Below are positions 45,066-57,398 of a stretch of DNA of 64,000 nucleotides, piece by piece. The DNA is taken from contig JAIVFI010000011.1 of the NCBI GenBank assembly GCA_025558095.1, forward strand, positions 310,001 through 374,000, read 5' to 3'. This stretch comes from Hyaloraphidium curvatum SAG 235-1 (lineage: Eukaryota; Fungi; Monoblepharomycota). The notes beneath the pieces were generated by a model. It did no database searches, was not told the DNA's origin, and worked only from the letters and a program-made list of their open reading frames with translations. Every line of letters begins with the position of its first letter. Positions within the stretch are counted from its first letter, which is position 1. The position numbers and the translations under genes were made by a program.

Positions 45066-47139
45066 CTAAAGGTTTTGCCCCCCTCCTGCCTCGCCGCTCG
45101 CGGTGCCAACCACCTCGTCCTCCGGATCCTTTGGTCGAGGGGAGATCGGCTCGGTCTGGCGCCGTATCAGCTTCTTGAGCTCCTTCCTCTTGATGAGGCC
45201 GGCGACAGCCTCTCCAGCTTCCCCCGGCGGCAAAAGTCCCTGCTGAACAGCCTTGTCTAGCAGCTGCTTCTTCTTCTGTTCCTTCCGGTTGCTCCTCGTG
45301 ATCGTGTTCATGTTGGGCGTCGACTTCGAAAGGAGCGGCTCCCGCTCCGTGCCGACGACGTTCGCATTGACTGCTTGCGCACCAACCGCTGGCGACGGGC
45401 GGATGCGAATGGGGACCTTCGCAGTCTCGTAGTACCCGTGGATGCTCTTGACCAAGTCCGGCCAGGGCTTGCGTACCGCGCGCTCCTTGCTTTGCATGTC
45501 TGCGTACACATCTGCCGCAGATCCAGGAGTTGAATAGACGGCCAGATCGCTTCCTTGAGCTCGCTCACCGGTCTCGTCCACGATCTCCTCCCCGAGCAGC
45601 TCCTCGATCACATCTTCCAGCGTGACGATCCCCACAACCTTGCGCGGCTGCCCTTCCTCCACCTTAGAGACGGTGGCCGAGATGTCCGACGCAGCGAAGC
45701 CCAGGTCCTTGCCTAGCGAGTCCTCCTGGCGGTATGGCTTTGGGTCGTCGGGAACGCCGTCTTCGTCCGCGTCAGCCTTCAGCGACAGCTTGTTCGTCAC
45801 CGCGGCCATGTGCGTCCTGCCCTCCTGGAAGAAATTGAGGAGGTCAAACAGCTCTGTTCCTGCCCCAACGATGGGCAGGAAGCTCAGGGGAAAGTCCTTG
45901 ACCTTCCAGGCTTCGTCAACGTCGTATCCCACCAGGCTCTTGACGAGCAGCATGCCGATCAGGTTGTCCTTGGAGCTTTCGTACACCGGAATACGCGAGT
46001 GGCCGGCGGTACGGATCCGGTCCACGGACTCGGCGTCCAGCACCGCGTCGAGCGCGAGGGAAAACACGTCCGAAAGCGGAGTCATGACCTCGTACACCGT
46101 TTTGGACGAAAGGTCGAGGACGCCCTGGATGATGTTGACCTCGTCGCCGCTGAGCTGGCCCTGGCCGTGCTCGGCCTGGTGCAAGGCGATCAGCGTCTTG
46201 AGCTCCGCCCGCCGGTACTGTCGGAGACAACTCAGGAACGGAAGGCCCCGACCGTGCGCGAATGCTACGTACCACGACGCCCTCCTTCTCTCCCAAGAGG
46301 CAGTCCAGCAGCTTTGCTATGGGAAAGGCGATGGGCCAAAGGAGGAACATGCAGACGCGGATGATCGGGGCAAAGAATGCTCCGATTTGGAGGCCGTAAA
46401 TGTTGCACACCGCATTCGGAATGACTGCGGGACCGGCAATGAGTGCTAGCCCATGAAACGGGCACTGCAGAGCTCACTTTCGCCAAAGACAACGACCAGG
46501 AAGGTCGATATGACGACAGCCGCCACACCCCCGCCGATGACCGAGTCCATCAGAATGGGGATCGACTCGTTGACGACCACCGTCCCAAGGAGCAAGGTGA
46601 TCAAGAGGAGGTGGCCCTTCTCGCGCACGGGGAGGATCCTCTTCGCGTACTTCTTTTGATGATCGTCACCGGACTGGATCAGGATCTGAAGATTGGTCAA
46701 ATCTGCGGGGGAAGAGTCAGCCCGTGACCTGGCACCGTCTCCTGCAACGCAGACACGTGCCCATGCTCATGTACGCGATCGTCAAGCCGGCGAAGATGCC
46801 TCCCACGAGCACGAGGCCGACCGCAGTCGACAGCATGAAGACAAACTCCGGGGACCCCGGGGGGTACTTGGCCCCTCCGCCCCCGTGCCCGGTCAGAGAC
46901 ACGCCAGGGGCATACGCGACGCGTCCAGCAGCAAGCGGAGCCGATGCAGCGCTCAGTTCCGATCCAGCTCCGCCAGATTCCGTCCCCTGCCCGCCAGTTG
47001 CGAACGGCAATCCAGCGATCCCGACAATGATCCGTGACGAGAGTGCGGAGAGCAATGCGATTGGCAACGACACGTAGGAAGACGCGCTCCTTGAGAAGGG
47101 GACCCTGGGACGCGTTGTGACCTGCACCGGCCGAGCCAT
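45066..47139 (-). CDS. CNNM/DUF21-CBS domain membrane protein (Mam3-like), multi-exon
   Basis: LVLVGGIFAGLT, HLLLITLLL, VVFGE; CBS pair with GHSRIPVYE, FQEGRTHMA and GIVTLEDVIEELLGEEIVDETD. Confidence 0.92.
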
Positions 47140-47320
47140 TGTGGCGCGATGCCTCCCTCGAGATGAGCTGCCGCGCACGGCGTCTGCCGAGATGGGGGCG
47201 TAGCGCAGCGGGATGTCGCCGTGGCGGGCGATCGGGGTGGTCTCCGATGCGGAAACGCGTCGAAGCGCGAGAGGCGGGTGCGCGGCCCGCGGACGTCAAC
47301 ACGGGTCGTCCGCGTCCCGA

Positions 47321-49321
47321 ATGGCGCCGCCGCATGTCGCCGGCGCGTCCGCGGCGGGCGCCGCCTTCGCATCGGTCGAGCTGCTCGCTCTCGTCGCGTC
47401 GGCGCTGGGCCGGAGGTTCCCGGGCCGAGATGCGCCCGCCGGAACCGGGACGGCGAGACGCCACAGTTCGACGGCCCCGAACGGGTTGCCCCGGCCGACC
47501 TACAAGTCGCCGACGACGGGGAAGGAGTATCGCGCCGTCATCGGGTTGGAGATCCACGCCCAGCTGAACGCGCAGACCAAGCTGTTTTCAGGTGGGCGCC
47601 CGCGGCACTCGGCGCTGCCCCGTCTCACGCGTTTCCAGATGCCGTGGCGGCGGTCGAGGGTCCGCCAAACAACAACGTGACGGTGTTCGATGCTGCGATC
47701 CCCGGGTCGTTGCCGGTTCGTCGCGACAAGCTGTCTCGCCGAGCGTCGGAGCTGACGATCCCACAGCGCCTCAACTCGAAGTGCGTCCGGGAGGGCCTCA
47801 GGACCGCGTTGGTCCTGAATGCCAACGTGAATCGGCAATCGTCTTTCGACCGAAAGCACTACTTCTACCAGGATATCCCGCTCGGCTACCAGATCACGCA
47901 AAAGAACTGTGGGTTGCTTCCGCTGGCGCGCCGCGTGGCATCCCGCCAACGTGCCTCTAGCCCCCCTTGCCAGCGGAGGACACTTGACACTCAATCCCCC
48001 GTATGATGGCCTGCCCTACAGTCTCAGCGTGCCGCTTGTGCAGCTGCAGATTGAGCAGGACACGGCGCGGTCCTACACCATCTCCTCGCCCTCGTTCTCT
48101 CACTTCCGACATTACGCTCTCGTCGGGATCGATCTGAATCGCGCCGGCGTGGGGCTGATGGAGATCGTGACGGAGCCCGTTCTGCGATCCGGCGCCGAGG
48201 CTGCGGCGTTTGTCCGCAAGCTGGTCAAGGTGGTGGAGCACATCGGGAGCGTGAGGCCCGGTGGCATGGAAGGCGGGGTGATGCGGGTCGACGTCAACGT
48301 GTCGGTGGTACCTTTGTCGGCGGACGGCGACGGCGACTCGGTGCCCACCTCGGGCGTGCGGGTCGAGGTCAAGAACCTGAACTCGGTCCGATCGGTTTCC
48401 CGGGCGGTGGACCATGAGGTGGCCAGGCACATATCGTTGCTGGAGGCGGAAAACTCGCCCGGCATCCAGCGCGAGACCCGGCACTGGGATGAGATCCGCG
48501 AGGTGACGGTGGCGAACCGCTCGAAGGAACTGAACGAGGACTATCGCTACATGCCGGACGGGGACCTGCCGATCTTGCGCGTCTCGGAAGGCGCCTTGCA
48601 TGCCCTCCGCAAGACCATCCCAATGCTCCCCGACCAGGTCCGGGCGGACCTCGTCGCGCGGCACGGACCCAATGGGCTTGCTGCCGAGGCCGCGACGATG
48701 CTGCTGAACGAGCCCGGCGCGGTGCCGTACTTTGAGGAGCTCGTGGAAAAGGTCTACGAGCGCCGGCGCGCAAAGGGAAACTCGGACCTCGACGTCCGCG
48801 ATTGCGCAAACTGGACGACTCAGACCCTGTATGGCGTCCTGCACGCCCAGGCGAGGACGATGGTGGAGGCCACGGCACAAGGCATGGGACCGGCTGTGCT
48901 GGCGGAGTTGATTCACATGACGGAGACTGGTGTCGTTTCCCGTGAGTTCGTTCCTCATGCCGAAGAAGCCTGCCGCTCACCATCGGATCTAGAGCTGTCG
49001 GCCAAGTACATCCTCTCCGACATCGCCGCAGGCGACCAGCGCAGCCCGTCGCAGCTGGCTTTGGACCGGGCGTACCTCCAGAACTCCTCCGAGGATTCGC
49101 TGCTCCCGCTCGTTGAATCCTTCGTTGCCCAGCATGCCGATCGTGCGGAACGGGTACGCCAGGGCAAAGACGGTCTCATTGGTTGGTTCATCGGGGAGAT
49201 TCGAAAGAAGAGCGGGTGGCGGGCAGACCCGATCGTCCTCCGGAAGCTGGTGGAGAAGACAATCTGGGGCAATCAGGGGAAGGAAGGGCACGGTTCGGCA
49301 GAGGACGGAGAGAAGAAGTAG
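47321..49321 (+). CDS. PET112: Mitochondrial Glu-tRNA(Gln) amidotransferase subunit B, multi-exon
   Basis: [75 protein letters not shown]. Start codon uncertain. Confidence 0.93.
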
Positions 49322-49455
49322 ACGACTGTAAGCGGAGAACGATGCCGTCCTGCATCATATGTTTGGGAAAGGAGGCGGCCATGACGTGTCTTCGACTCCC
49401 GAGTGGCTCCGCCGGCACCACCGCCACTGCTTTCCTCCCGCATCGCGCCAGCACG

Positions 49456-51699
49456 ATGCTGCGGACGGCTACCACCAGGCTCGCGGACCGAGCACGCCGA
49501 CTGGCAACGTCGGCAGCACCGCGGCTCGCGTCGCGGCCCCGGGGGCCCCGAGCTGCAGCGTTCGGAGCCGCAGTCACCGCCGCTTTTCTGGTTGCCCAGA
49601 ACGTCGTGCTGGCCGAAACCCCCTCTGGTTCGGAAGATGCGCCGAAGCGAAAGGTTCGGATAAGCTCCCGAGGGCGATTTTGGAGGTGGAATGCCGACGG
49701 TCCTGGCTGCAGCCCATCTATGACGACAACGAGACGAAGCTGCCTCCTCCTCCCCCTCCTTCCGATTTGGAACTCTTCATCCGCAAGGTATGACTTTCTA
49801 TTCGACGTCCGCTCGCAAGCATGCCGATGGCTCGTCCGCACACAGCTCCGCCACACCGTGACAGCGTCGTGGGACGACGCTCGGGATGGCGCTTCAGGCC
49901 TTGTCGACCGTTGGATCAAGTTCGAGCAAGCCACGGAAGCCGCAATCAAGAGCGTTGTAGACAGCAAGGAGCCCTTCCTTCCCGGCGCAGCGTTGCTCGG
50001 AGGCAGCTTCCTAGCCGGCGTCGCCGTCGCCCGCAAGCGTGAGAGTTGTTGCCATCCGGTAGCCGCAGGCAGTGCCTGATAGGCTCTTACTTCAGGGGGA
50101 TTCCTCACCCGGCTCTTAACGCCTTTGACGTTTACGGCCATTTCGGCCGTTGTCATCTATCCCCGAGTGAGTACAGGCTAGCCATTGAGTCGGCCACTGC
50201 TGACCGCCGAGGCTCCAGACTACCCGCAACGTCGTCATCAAGGCCGGCGGGCAACCTGTGATTGATGCGCTTTCGTTTGCGTCCGAGAGCACTCATGGTG
50301 CCTTCGACGCCGGCATCAACGCCGTTTTCGGCGGGATCGACAAACTCCGCAAGGGCCTTTCTGGCATCGTGGGCAAGACGGAGGACGTCGTCTCGGAAGG
50401 CGTCAAGGACGCAGTGCACGCGCCCGAGAAGATATCGAAGGCGATCGCGGAAGCGGCCGAGAAGGCCAAGCAGAGTCTGGACCATCCGCGGGAGCCCGTG
50501 CCGAAGGAATGGGAGTCGGGCGCGGACCTCCACGTGCGGGGACCCGAGAGCTACGCTTCTCTGGAGGTGGATGCCGCCGACAAACCGTCAGGAACCTCGC
50601 CGCCTTCGGTCATTGGCGATGCGATCCACAAAGTGGAGCATGCTATTGAAGACGCGGTCGATTCTGTGAAGAAAGCACTCGACCACCCGCGCGAAAAGGT
50701 GCCAAAGGAGTGGGAGTCGGGAGCGGACCTGCACGTTCGAGGACCGGAAAGCTATGCGTCTTTGGAGGTGGCGGCCGCCGACAAACCTTCCGGAGCATCG
50801 CCGCCTTCGGCCATTGGGGATGCGATCCACAAGGTCGAGCACGTCATTGAGGACGCAGTCGATTCTGTGAAGAAAGCGCTGGACCACCCGCGCGAGAAAG
50901 TTCCAAAGGAGTGGGAATCGGGCGCGGACCTGCACGTTCGAGGACCGGAAAGCTATGCGTCTTTGGAGGTGGCGGCCGCCGACAAACCTTCCGGAGCATC
51001 GCCGCCTTCGGCCATTGGGGATGCGATCCACAAAGTCGAGCACGTCATCGAGGACGCAGTCGATTCTGTGAAGAAAGCGCTGGACCACCCGCGCGAGAAA
51101 GTTCCAAAGGAGTGGGAATCGGGCGCGGACCTGCACGTGCGCGGGCCGGAAAGCTACGCATCCTTGGAGGTGGCCGCTGCCGACAAGCCTTCCGGAACCT
51201 CGCCGCCGTCCGTCATTGGGAACGCCTTGCACAAAGTTGAGGAGGTGATCGAGGATGCCGTCGAATCCGTGAAGAAGGCCCTGGACCACCCGCGTGAGAA
51301 GGTGCCGAAAGAATGGGAATCTGGTGCGGACTTGCATACACGGGGACCCGAGAGCTATGGTTCCCTGGAAGTGGCTGCTGCGGATAAGCCGTCGGGAACC
51401 TCGCCGCCTTCCGTCGTTGGCGATGCGATCCACAAGGCCGAGGAGGTGATCGAAGGTGCAATCCACAGGGCTGAAGAGGTGATCGAAGAAGCCGTCGAAT
51501 CTGTGAAGAAGGCCCTGGACCACCCGCGCGAAAAGGTGCCAAAGGAGTGGGAGTCGGGAGCGGACCTGCACACGCGTGGCCCGGAAAGCTGTGAGTGGCA
51601 GCCACAATCGGGCGGAGTCGATTGGTTTGATTGACGAATGCCTTCCCAGACGTTTCCTTGGAGGTTGACGCTGCCGAGAACGACATCAAAAAGAAGTGA
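49456..51699 (+). CDS. MICOS subunit Mic26/Mic27 (apolipoprotein O family) with C-terminal tandem-repeat extension, multi-exon
   Basis: Presequence, K|PIYD, PSDLELFIRK, VDRWIKFEQ, EPFLPG...LAGVAVARKR, LLTPL...YP. Spliced into ORF 50258-51634, with a last exon ending ...ENDIKKK* at 51699. Confidence 0.75.
50480..51680 (+). repeat. Coding tandem repeat, 201-nt (67-aa) unit, 5 full + 1 partial copies
   Basis: DHPRE starts at 50480, 50681, 50882, 51083, 51284 and 51518; unit 5 has an extra 33 nt. Consensus DHPREKVPKEWESGADLHVRGPESYASLEVAAADKPSGxSPPSxIGDAIHKVEHVIEDAVDSVKKAL. Confidence 0.97.
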
Positions 51700-51804
51700 A
51701 TCTCTCTGTAGACATTGCTGGTAGCAGATCTTGAGGCGTCTGGGTCCAAACGCTCCCAAACAAACAGACGGCTCCGACCCGCTCGAGCGGGCGCCGCGAA
51801 AGCG

Positions 51805-53637
51805 ATGGCCGAGGACGAAAGCTCGGAGACGCTTGTGGTGCAAGGCGGCGTGGAAGACGAGCCCGGTGCCGTGGATGAGTCTATCCCCGCGAACGCGGCG
51901 GAGGTAGACAGACCTGGGGCGGACCCAGACACGCCCGAATGGGCCGACTTTCAGGCAGCGGACTTCAGTGCCGTTACTGGCACGGGATTTGAACCCGGGA
52001 GCGAAGGGGAAATGGACAGACCTCAAGGAAGCGAGGCGCCCGAGGTCGGGAGCGGACGAGCAGGGAGCGGGACCCCTGCAGACTCAAACGCCGACACCAT
52101 GGGCTCCCAGGAAACCACCTCCGTCGCGTCGTCTCCGACTGCCGCCGAGGCGCCCGTTGTCGCGGCACCTCCAGTGCGGACAACGTCGCTGCCGCGGACG
52201 CCAGCAATCGAAACCGCACGGACTGCAAACACTTCGTCGCCGAAGCGCGGGAGCAAAGCACGCTCCTCCGTAGACGCCGCGCCGGCATCGGCAACGCAAA
52301 AGCCTCCCAGTGCCCGCGCCAAGGAGCTCTTTGTCCTGAACAAATGGATGCTTTCCGAGCTTGAGGAGCAGGAGCGGTTCTCACGGGGCAAAATCCGCGA
52401 TTGGACGCGGGTCCATCGGGACGTCGAACGGAGACTTGCGATGGCTCGCAGGGACCAAGTGAAGCTTAGCCGCATCGCAGCAGGCGCGGAACTGCCAGCA
52501 ACACCGGGCGCTGGCAAGTCGCGTAAGCTTGAGCGAGGCGCCGCGGTCTTTGCACGATGGCCGTTGGGAGGGGACCGGGATCTTGGCGACCTTGGAGCGA
52601 TCGAGGACGACGAAGCGGCGATGTGGCACTTTGGACTTTACTTGGGCCCGGATCCTTTCTCGGAGGACCTGGCGCGGATCAAGTTCCTATTTCCAGCTGC
52701 TTCAGAGGCCGGAAAGCGCCCAGCCGGGAAGGCGGCGGCCCAGGAACGGCGCCCTTCGTCTTCGACACAGACTGCGTATCCGGCACCGTCAGCCAAGCTT
52801 GCACCTGTCCAAAGCAGCAGCTCGGTGCAGACTCTCGTGTTTCCGGGCAAGGACATCGACTCCGACGGAGAGGATCAGTTCAGCTGGGTTCTGAGTGTTG
52901 CGACGAAGGACGTCGTCGAAGCATCGTGGCTTCGACCTGGCGATCGTGTTCGTTTCTTCGAAGGTGCCCAGTCTTTGAACGTCAGGGTGGAGGCGCGCAA
53001 GGCGTCGGGGAGCATGTCGGTCGCTCCCTCGAACCTCTTTGACCCCTCAGCTGCTCCTTTCGGCATCGGATTTCTTCAGATGACTTTGGAAGAGCGCCTG
53101 ATCGCTGAGCGTCCATCGCTGGCGTACACACCCTACATCATTGCGGGCCCCGTTGTCATCCGATCGTCGCCACCGGAAGAGGACGTGAGAGGCAAAGCGT
53201 CGTCGCCCGTGGACAGTGCGCCGTCGAAGAAAGCAGGGAAAGGGGCGGTGCCATCTGCGGCCGAGCTTCCGCCCCCTTCATCGCCAGTGTCGGGGCCCGC
53301 GGCCGTGTACCACGTGCCGCTCACGGTCATCCCGGAGGGGCGCTACGCCCAGTTCGAAGCAGCGCTCAATGACATGGCGGATCCGGAGAGCAATGTGGAG
53401 AGGGCTGCCATCGATGCCAAGTTCCTGCTTCGCGGAGATCGTCCATCCAACCTCCGCGAGCTGCGGCCAACGCCGTTTCTCGTCGGGACCGCCGTTGTGG
53501 ATGACCACACGGCGGCGGCAATGCAGGCGCGGTCAAGGGGGAAAGGCGTGAAGAGTGCGCTGGAGATGGTCTTTTCTGGGCCGTTCGGGGCGAACGTGGG
53601 AATGGGGAAGTGGTCGGCTTCCTCACCGGCCAAATGA
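51805..53637 (+). CDS. Hypothetical protein with disordered N-terminus and possible Tudor/SH3-like beta-barrel
   Basis: Long intronless ORF; LERGAAVFARW...WHFGLYLG...ARIKF and LRPGDRVRF resemble Tudor-like patterns. Confidence 0.55.
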   Translation: MAEDESSETLVVQGGVEDEPGAVDESIPANAAEVDRPGADPDTPEWADFQAADFSAVTGTGFEPGSEGEMDRPQGSEAPEVGSGRAGSGTPADSNADTMGSQETTSVASSPTAAEAPVVAAPPVRTTSLPRTPAIETARTANTSSPKRGSKARSSVDAAPASATQKPPSARAKELFVLNKWMLSELEEQERFSRGKIRDWTRVHRDVERRLAMARRDQVKLSRIAAGAELPATPGAGKSRKLERGAAVFARWPLGGDRDLGDLGAIEDDEAAMWHFGLYLGPDPFSEDLARIKFLFPAASEAGKRPAGKAAAQERRPSSSTQTAYPAPSAKLAPVQSSSSVQTLVFPGKDIDSDGEDQFSWVLSVATKDVVEASWLRPGDRVRFFEGAQSLNVRVEARKASGSMSVAPSNLFDPSAAPFGIGFLQMTLEERLIAERPSLAYTPYIIAGPVVIRSSPPEEDVRGKASSPVDSAPSKKAGKGAVPSAAELPPPSSPVSGPAAVYHVPLTVIPEGRYAQFEAALNDMADPESNVERAAIDAKFLLRGDRPSNLRELRPTPFLVGTAVVDDHTAAAMQARSRGKGVKSALEMVFSGPFGANVGMGKWSASSPAK

Positions 53638-53707
53638 TGAGATGGATTCTTCCTCAGCGAGGGTAGATTTGAACCGTGTTCTACATTACGATCGCATAGA
53701 CTCTCGC

Positions 53708-55791
53708 TCATAGCTTGATTGACGGCAGCGAAGCTCCCATCATCACCGCTTTCTCTGCAAGGCGCGGGCTCGTTAGACTCCCCCTCAAGAACAGCAAAAA
53801 GGTCACGCACTCAAAGCATCGCGAACACCGAAATCGCTCATTACTTCCTCGCTGCCGCCGCCGATTGCGTAGAACTTGACCTCGCGGTAGATCCTCTCGA
53901 CCTTGGCCCCTTGGCCGCCGCGAGTGTAGCTCAATCCGCCGAAGATCTGCGCGGCTTCGCGGGCGCACTAGCAGGAGCTATGAGCCGGAGCGATTGTACA
54001 AGCAGTGGTGAGCAACCCACGTAGTTTAGGACGTCCGTGGCTTGGACCTTTGGGAGGACCGTCATTACCCGACTAGTTGGCGCTGTTCCTCAAACTCACC
54101 TTGAGAAGCGCCGTCATTCCGCCGATCCGCTGGTTGAGCAGGCGCTGATCCTTGAACTTGTCGATGTTGTAGGCCGCCAGCTCCATCCACGCATGAGCCG
54201 ACTCGATTTGGCGTGCCATGTTGGCCAACCTGCGGGAGTCGTTGGCCTCTGTTCCAATGCCCTCCCGTAGCACCCACTTTGCCCGGATCACGGGATGCTC
54301 GATGAGGTACTTCCCAAACGTCTTGCGTTTGTGCTGGAAGCATATCAGTGACTTGATGATGGGACGAATAGATGGCAAGCGACCTACCGCGTACTTCAAC
54401 GCCTCTTCGTAAGCAACGCGAGCGTTCACAAGAGCACCGCGAATGAGCATGAGCCTCTCAGGGTTGAAGTTCCTAGGAAACGGAAGTCAGTTCCGGCTTC
54501 GACTGCACCCGCCGTACATCCACCCACCACATCACGTAGGTGAAACCCTGGCCCAGTTCACCGATCAGGTTCGTCACCGGCACTTTGACGTTGTCGAACT
54601 CGACGAGGCACGTTGACGAGGCATAGTGCCCCATCGTCTTGAGCCGCCGGGTCGTCACGCCCTGGGATGTCGATTAGAGGCTGCCGTTCACCTGTGCGCG
54701 TGCTGTCGTACCCCGAACTTCTTCTCGATGAGCAGGAGTGAAACACCTGAAGCTCCGGGCCCTCCGGTGCGTACAGCAGTTGTGAGATACTCGGACTTAT
54801 CGCTTCCGGTGATCCACTTCTTCAGCCCGTTGACTGCGCAGAGAATGGTAAGCTGGAGGTCGGCACGGATGACGCAAAGCGCTTACCGATGAAGTGCTTG
54901 CCGTCTTCCGAGAGCACTGCAGTGGTCTGAAGGTTTTGCACGTCGCTCCCGCCCGTGGCCTCGGTGATCGCCAGGCAGATCTTGGCCCTCCCTTCACAGA
55001 CCTCAGGAATCACGCGGCGCTGCATCTCCGGTGTTCCGAAATGTATGATCGGAGGAAGCCCGATAGCAACACCACCAGTGATACCGCCCAGCGCGCCTCC
55101 CGAGCCGACCTTGCCGAGTTCCTGCCCCAGAACGATATGGTGGAACTGGTCCACTTGCTCGGGCTTCAACCCGCACGGGATGGGATGATCCGGCCTCAAA
55201 TGCCGGTACACGTGGGGCGCATGCTGGAAAGCAATGAGCCCGAGCTCTGCCCACTTCTTGTAGACCTCGATGGGAACGTGTTCGTTTGCCTCCCACTCGT
55301 CGACATGAGGCTCCAGAACCTCCTTGTACACCTTCCGACCGCAATTCGTCAGATCCGCGTCGAGTCCAGGTTATTCAGCAACGAACCTGCCGTCCGAATT
55401 CGGCGATCTTGAAGTGCGTTTCGTTGTAGAACGGACTGTACCAGTCTTGCATCCACATCGGGTCCGCAAACGGCAGCATCTCGCCCATGTACTGGCCCTC
55501 TCCGCGGAAGAGCTTGCCCTTCGTCGCTCCGCCAGCTCCGGCAGGGGGCAACGCCGAGGCAACGTCGCCGACGAGCAGCTCCGGGCCCCACTTGTCCAGG
55601 ACGGCGGCGGCGTGAAAATTGTCAAACTGCTTTGTGGCATCCTTGCCCGCGACGCCCAGGAGGATTTTGCGGCCTCCGGGGTGCTTGTCGAGGAACCTTG
55701 TCACGTCGTAGACGCGCCCATGGATGATGATATAGGCCGAATCCGCAGAGTTGTGCTGGGCAACCTCGGGGACGGTCACCGAGGACGGCAT
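53708..55791 (-). CDS. Cytochrome b5-fused acyl-CoA dehydrogenase, multi-exon
   Basis: N-terminal b5 domain VYDVTRFLDKHPGG...DATKQF; ACAD motifs CLAITEATGGSDV, NGLKKWITG, RKTFGKYLIEHPVIR, QIFGG, IGGGSEE; ends ...PSIKL. Confidence 0.92.
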
Positions 55792-55979
55792 TGCTTTCCT
55801 CCTGATGGTGAACGGAAACCGGACGTTGTGTTGACCACCGTGAAGCGGCTGAACCCGTCGGCCGGCTGCAGGATGGCCGGACGGGAAGGCAGTGGCCAGG
55901 TGCCGTGCGGAGAGTGATCGCGGTGGCAAACCGCGGCAAGTTAGACCCGCGAGCGCTCCCGGACTCCAAGCCGGAAACG

Positions 55980-57260
55980 ATGACCTCCGATAGTGCTCGG
56001 ATGGCGCTTCTAGAAGCTTCCGACGCGTATCCCGGTCTTGATGCGTTCCCGTCTCTCCCCGCGGCGTTGCCCGGCCCGGCCACCGCTGTCGATCCGAAGC
56101 TGCACACAAGGCTCTTGCTCGTGCCAGCGGCGGATCCGGGCTTCGTCATCGCCGCGCAGCTCATATCTCTCTCCCCCCTAACGGATTCGTGTATCCGGGC
56201 GGCTTCGGGCGACCCAAAACCTGCCGCGAACCTGCTCTTTTGCCACGCGACGGGGATCCCGAAGCTCGCCTACCTGCCTGTGCTCCGTCGGCTGCTCACG
56301 ATGGCGGGACCGGACCGTCTGAACGTCGTGGTGGCGATTGACGCGCGGAATGCGGGGGATTCCGCCCTGAACAACCCCGTGTTTCCCGACGAGCCGTTCG
56401 ACTGGCGGATCGCCGCCCGGGACAACCTGGCCGTCATCAGGCACCTGGGATTGCACCCGGCTGTCTCCGGAAGGCCGCTTGTCGCATCCGGACACAGTCA
56501 CGGCGGTGGAACCCTCCTGATGGCTTCCTTGATGGAACCCGGCATCATCTCTGCGTATGTGGGAATCGAGCCGATCTCGAGCTCCCCCGAGACCGTCGAG
56601 CGCGCTGCCGAAGCGCGCCGTAAGGGAATCCAGGGGCTCGGCCCGGATCTTGCCGTGGGAGCGCGCCGCCGCAAGGCCAACTTCGACAGCAAAGCCGCCG
56701 CGCTCGCGTCGTTCAAGTCGAAGCCCTTCTTCGCGGCATGGGATCCCGAATCGCTCCTTTGCTACGTCGAGGACGGCTTTCACGCGCCTTCCGGATCGAG
56801 CGGAGTCACCCTCAAGACCCCGCCGATCAATGAGTCCAACACGTTCAACGGATCGTTCTCCACCTCACTTTTCTTCCCGCGCCTGGGCGAGGTCCGCATC
56901 CCGCGGGTGCTGGTTCTCTCGGGACTGGAGAGCGAACAGCTCCTCTACATGGAGCCGGGTCCGGACTCGCCGTCCCCGGCTTCCTGGCCTCGCCCGCGCA
57001 ACGCAAGGGAAACCGAGCTGTACGCCGGCATCAAGCGGGACAATGGACGGAGATACTACCCCAAGGACATCACGATCGCGCGATGGATTCCCGGCGCTAA
57101 TCATCTCCTCGTGGAGGGCGCGGGCCACATGGTCCCGATGGACAAGCCGGAGGAAGTCGCAAAGTTGATTTTAGGCGTCGTCAGCGAGGCGGTCGATGAC
57201 GTGGATGGGTGGAGGGCAGCCGCCGGGGCCGCATCGCAAGCGGCTCAAGCGAAGCTCTGA
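55980..57260 (+). CDS. Peroxisomal alpha/beta hydrolase (Lpx1/MpaH-like) with PTS1
   Basis: HATGIPK, DARNAGDS, nucleophile GHSHGG, GAGHMVPMDKP; C-terminal AKL. Confidence 0.85.
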   Translation: MTSDSARMALLEASDAYPGLDAFPSLPAALPGPATAVDPKLHTRLLLVPAADPGFVIAAQLISLSPLTDSCIRAASGDPKPAANLLFCHATGIPKLAYLPVLRRLLTMAGPDRLNVVVAIDARNAGDSALNNPVFPDEPFDWRIAARDNLAVIRHLGLHPAVSGRPLVASGHSHGGGTLLMASLMEPGIISAYVGIEPISSSPETVERAAEARRKGIQGLGPDLAVGARRRKANFDSKAAALASFKSKPFFAAWDPESLLCYVEDGFHAPSGSSGVTLKTPPINESNTFNGSFSTSLFFPRLGEVRIPRVLVLSGLESEQLLYMEPGPDSPSPASWPRPRNARETELYAGIKRDNGRRYYPKDITIARWIPGANHLLVEGAGHMVPMDKPEEVAKLILGVVSEAVDDVDGWRAAAGAASQAAQAKL

Positions 57261-57398
57261 TTAGGCAGCTTAGCATAGAGCTAGACGAGAGTTAGAGTGG
57301 CACACAGACACTAGGTGGCAAACTCCGGGGATGATGGATCGGCGGTGCCTCGGCGTCGCGTCGGCCCGTGCCGATCCCCGCTCGCCGCTTCTCCCACG

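Noticed and set aside
50480-51680. CRISPR-like array
   Set aside because: Units are 201-nt in-frame coding repeats with no unique spacers, and the context is eukaryotic with no cas genes.
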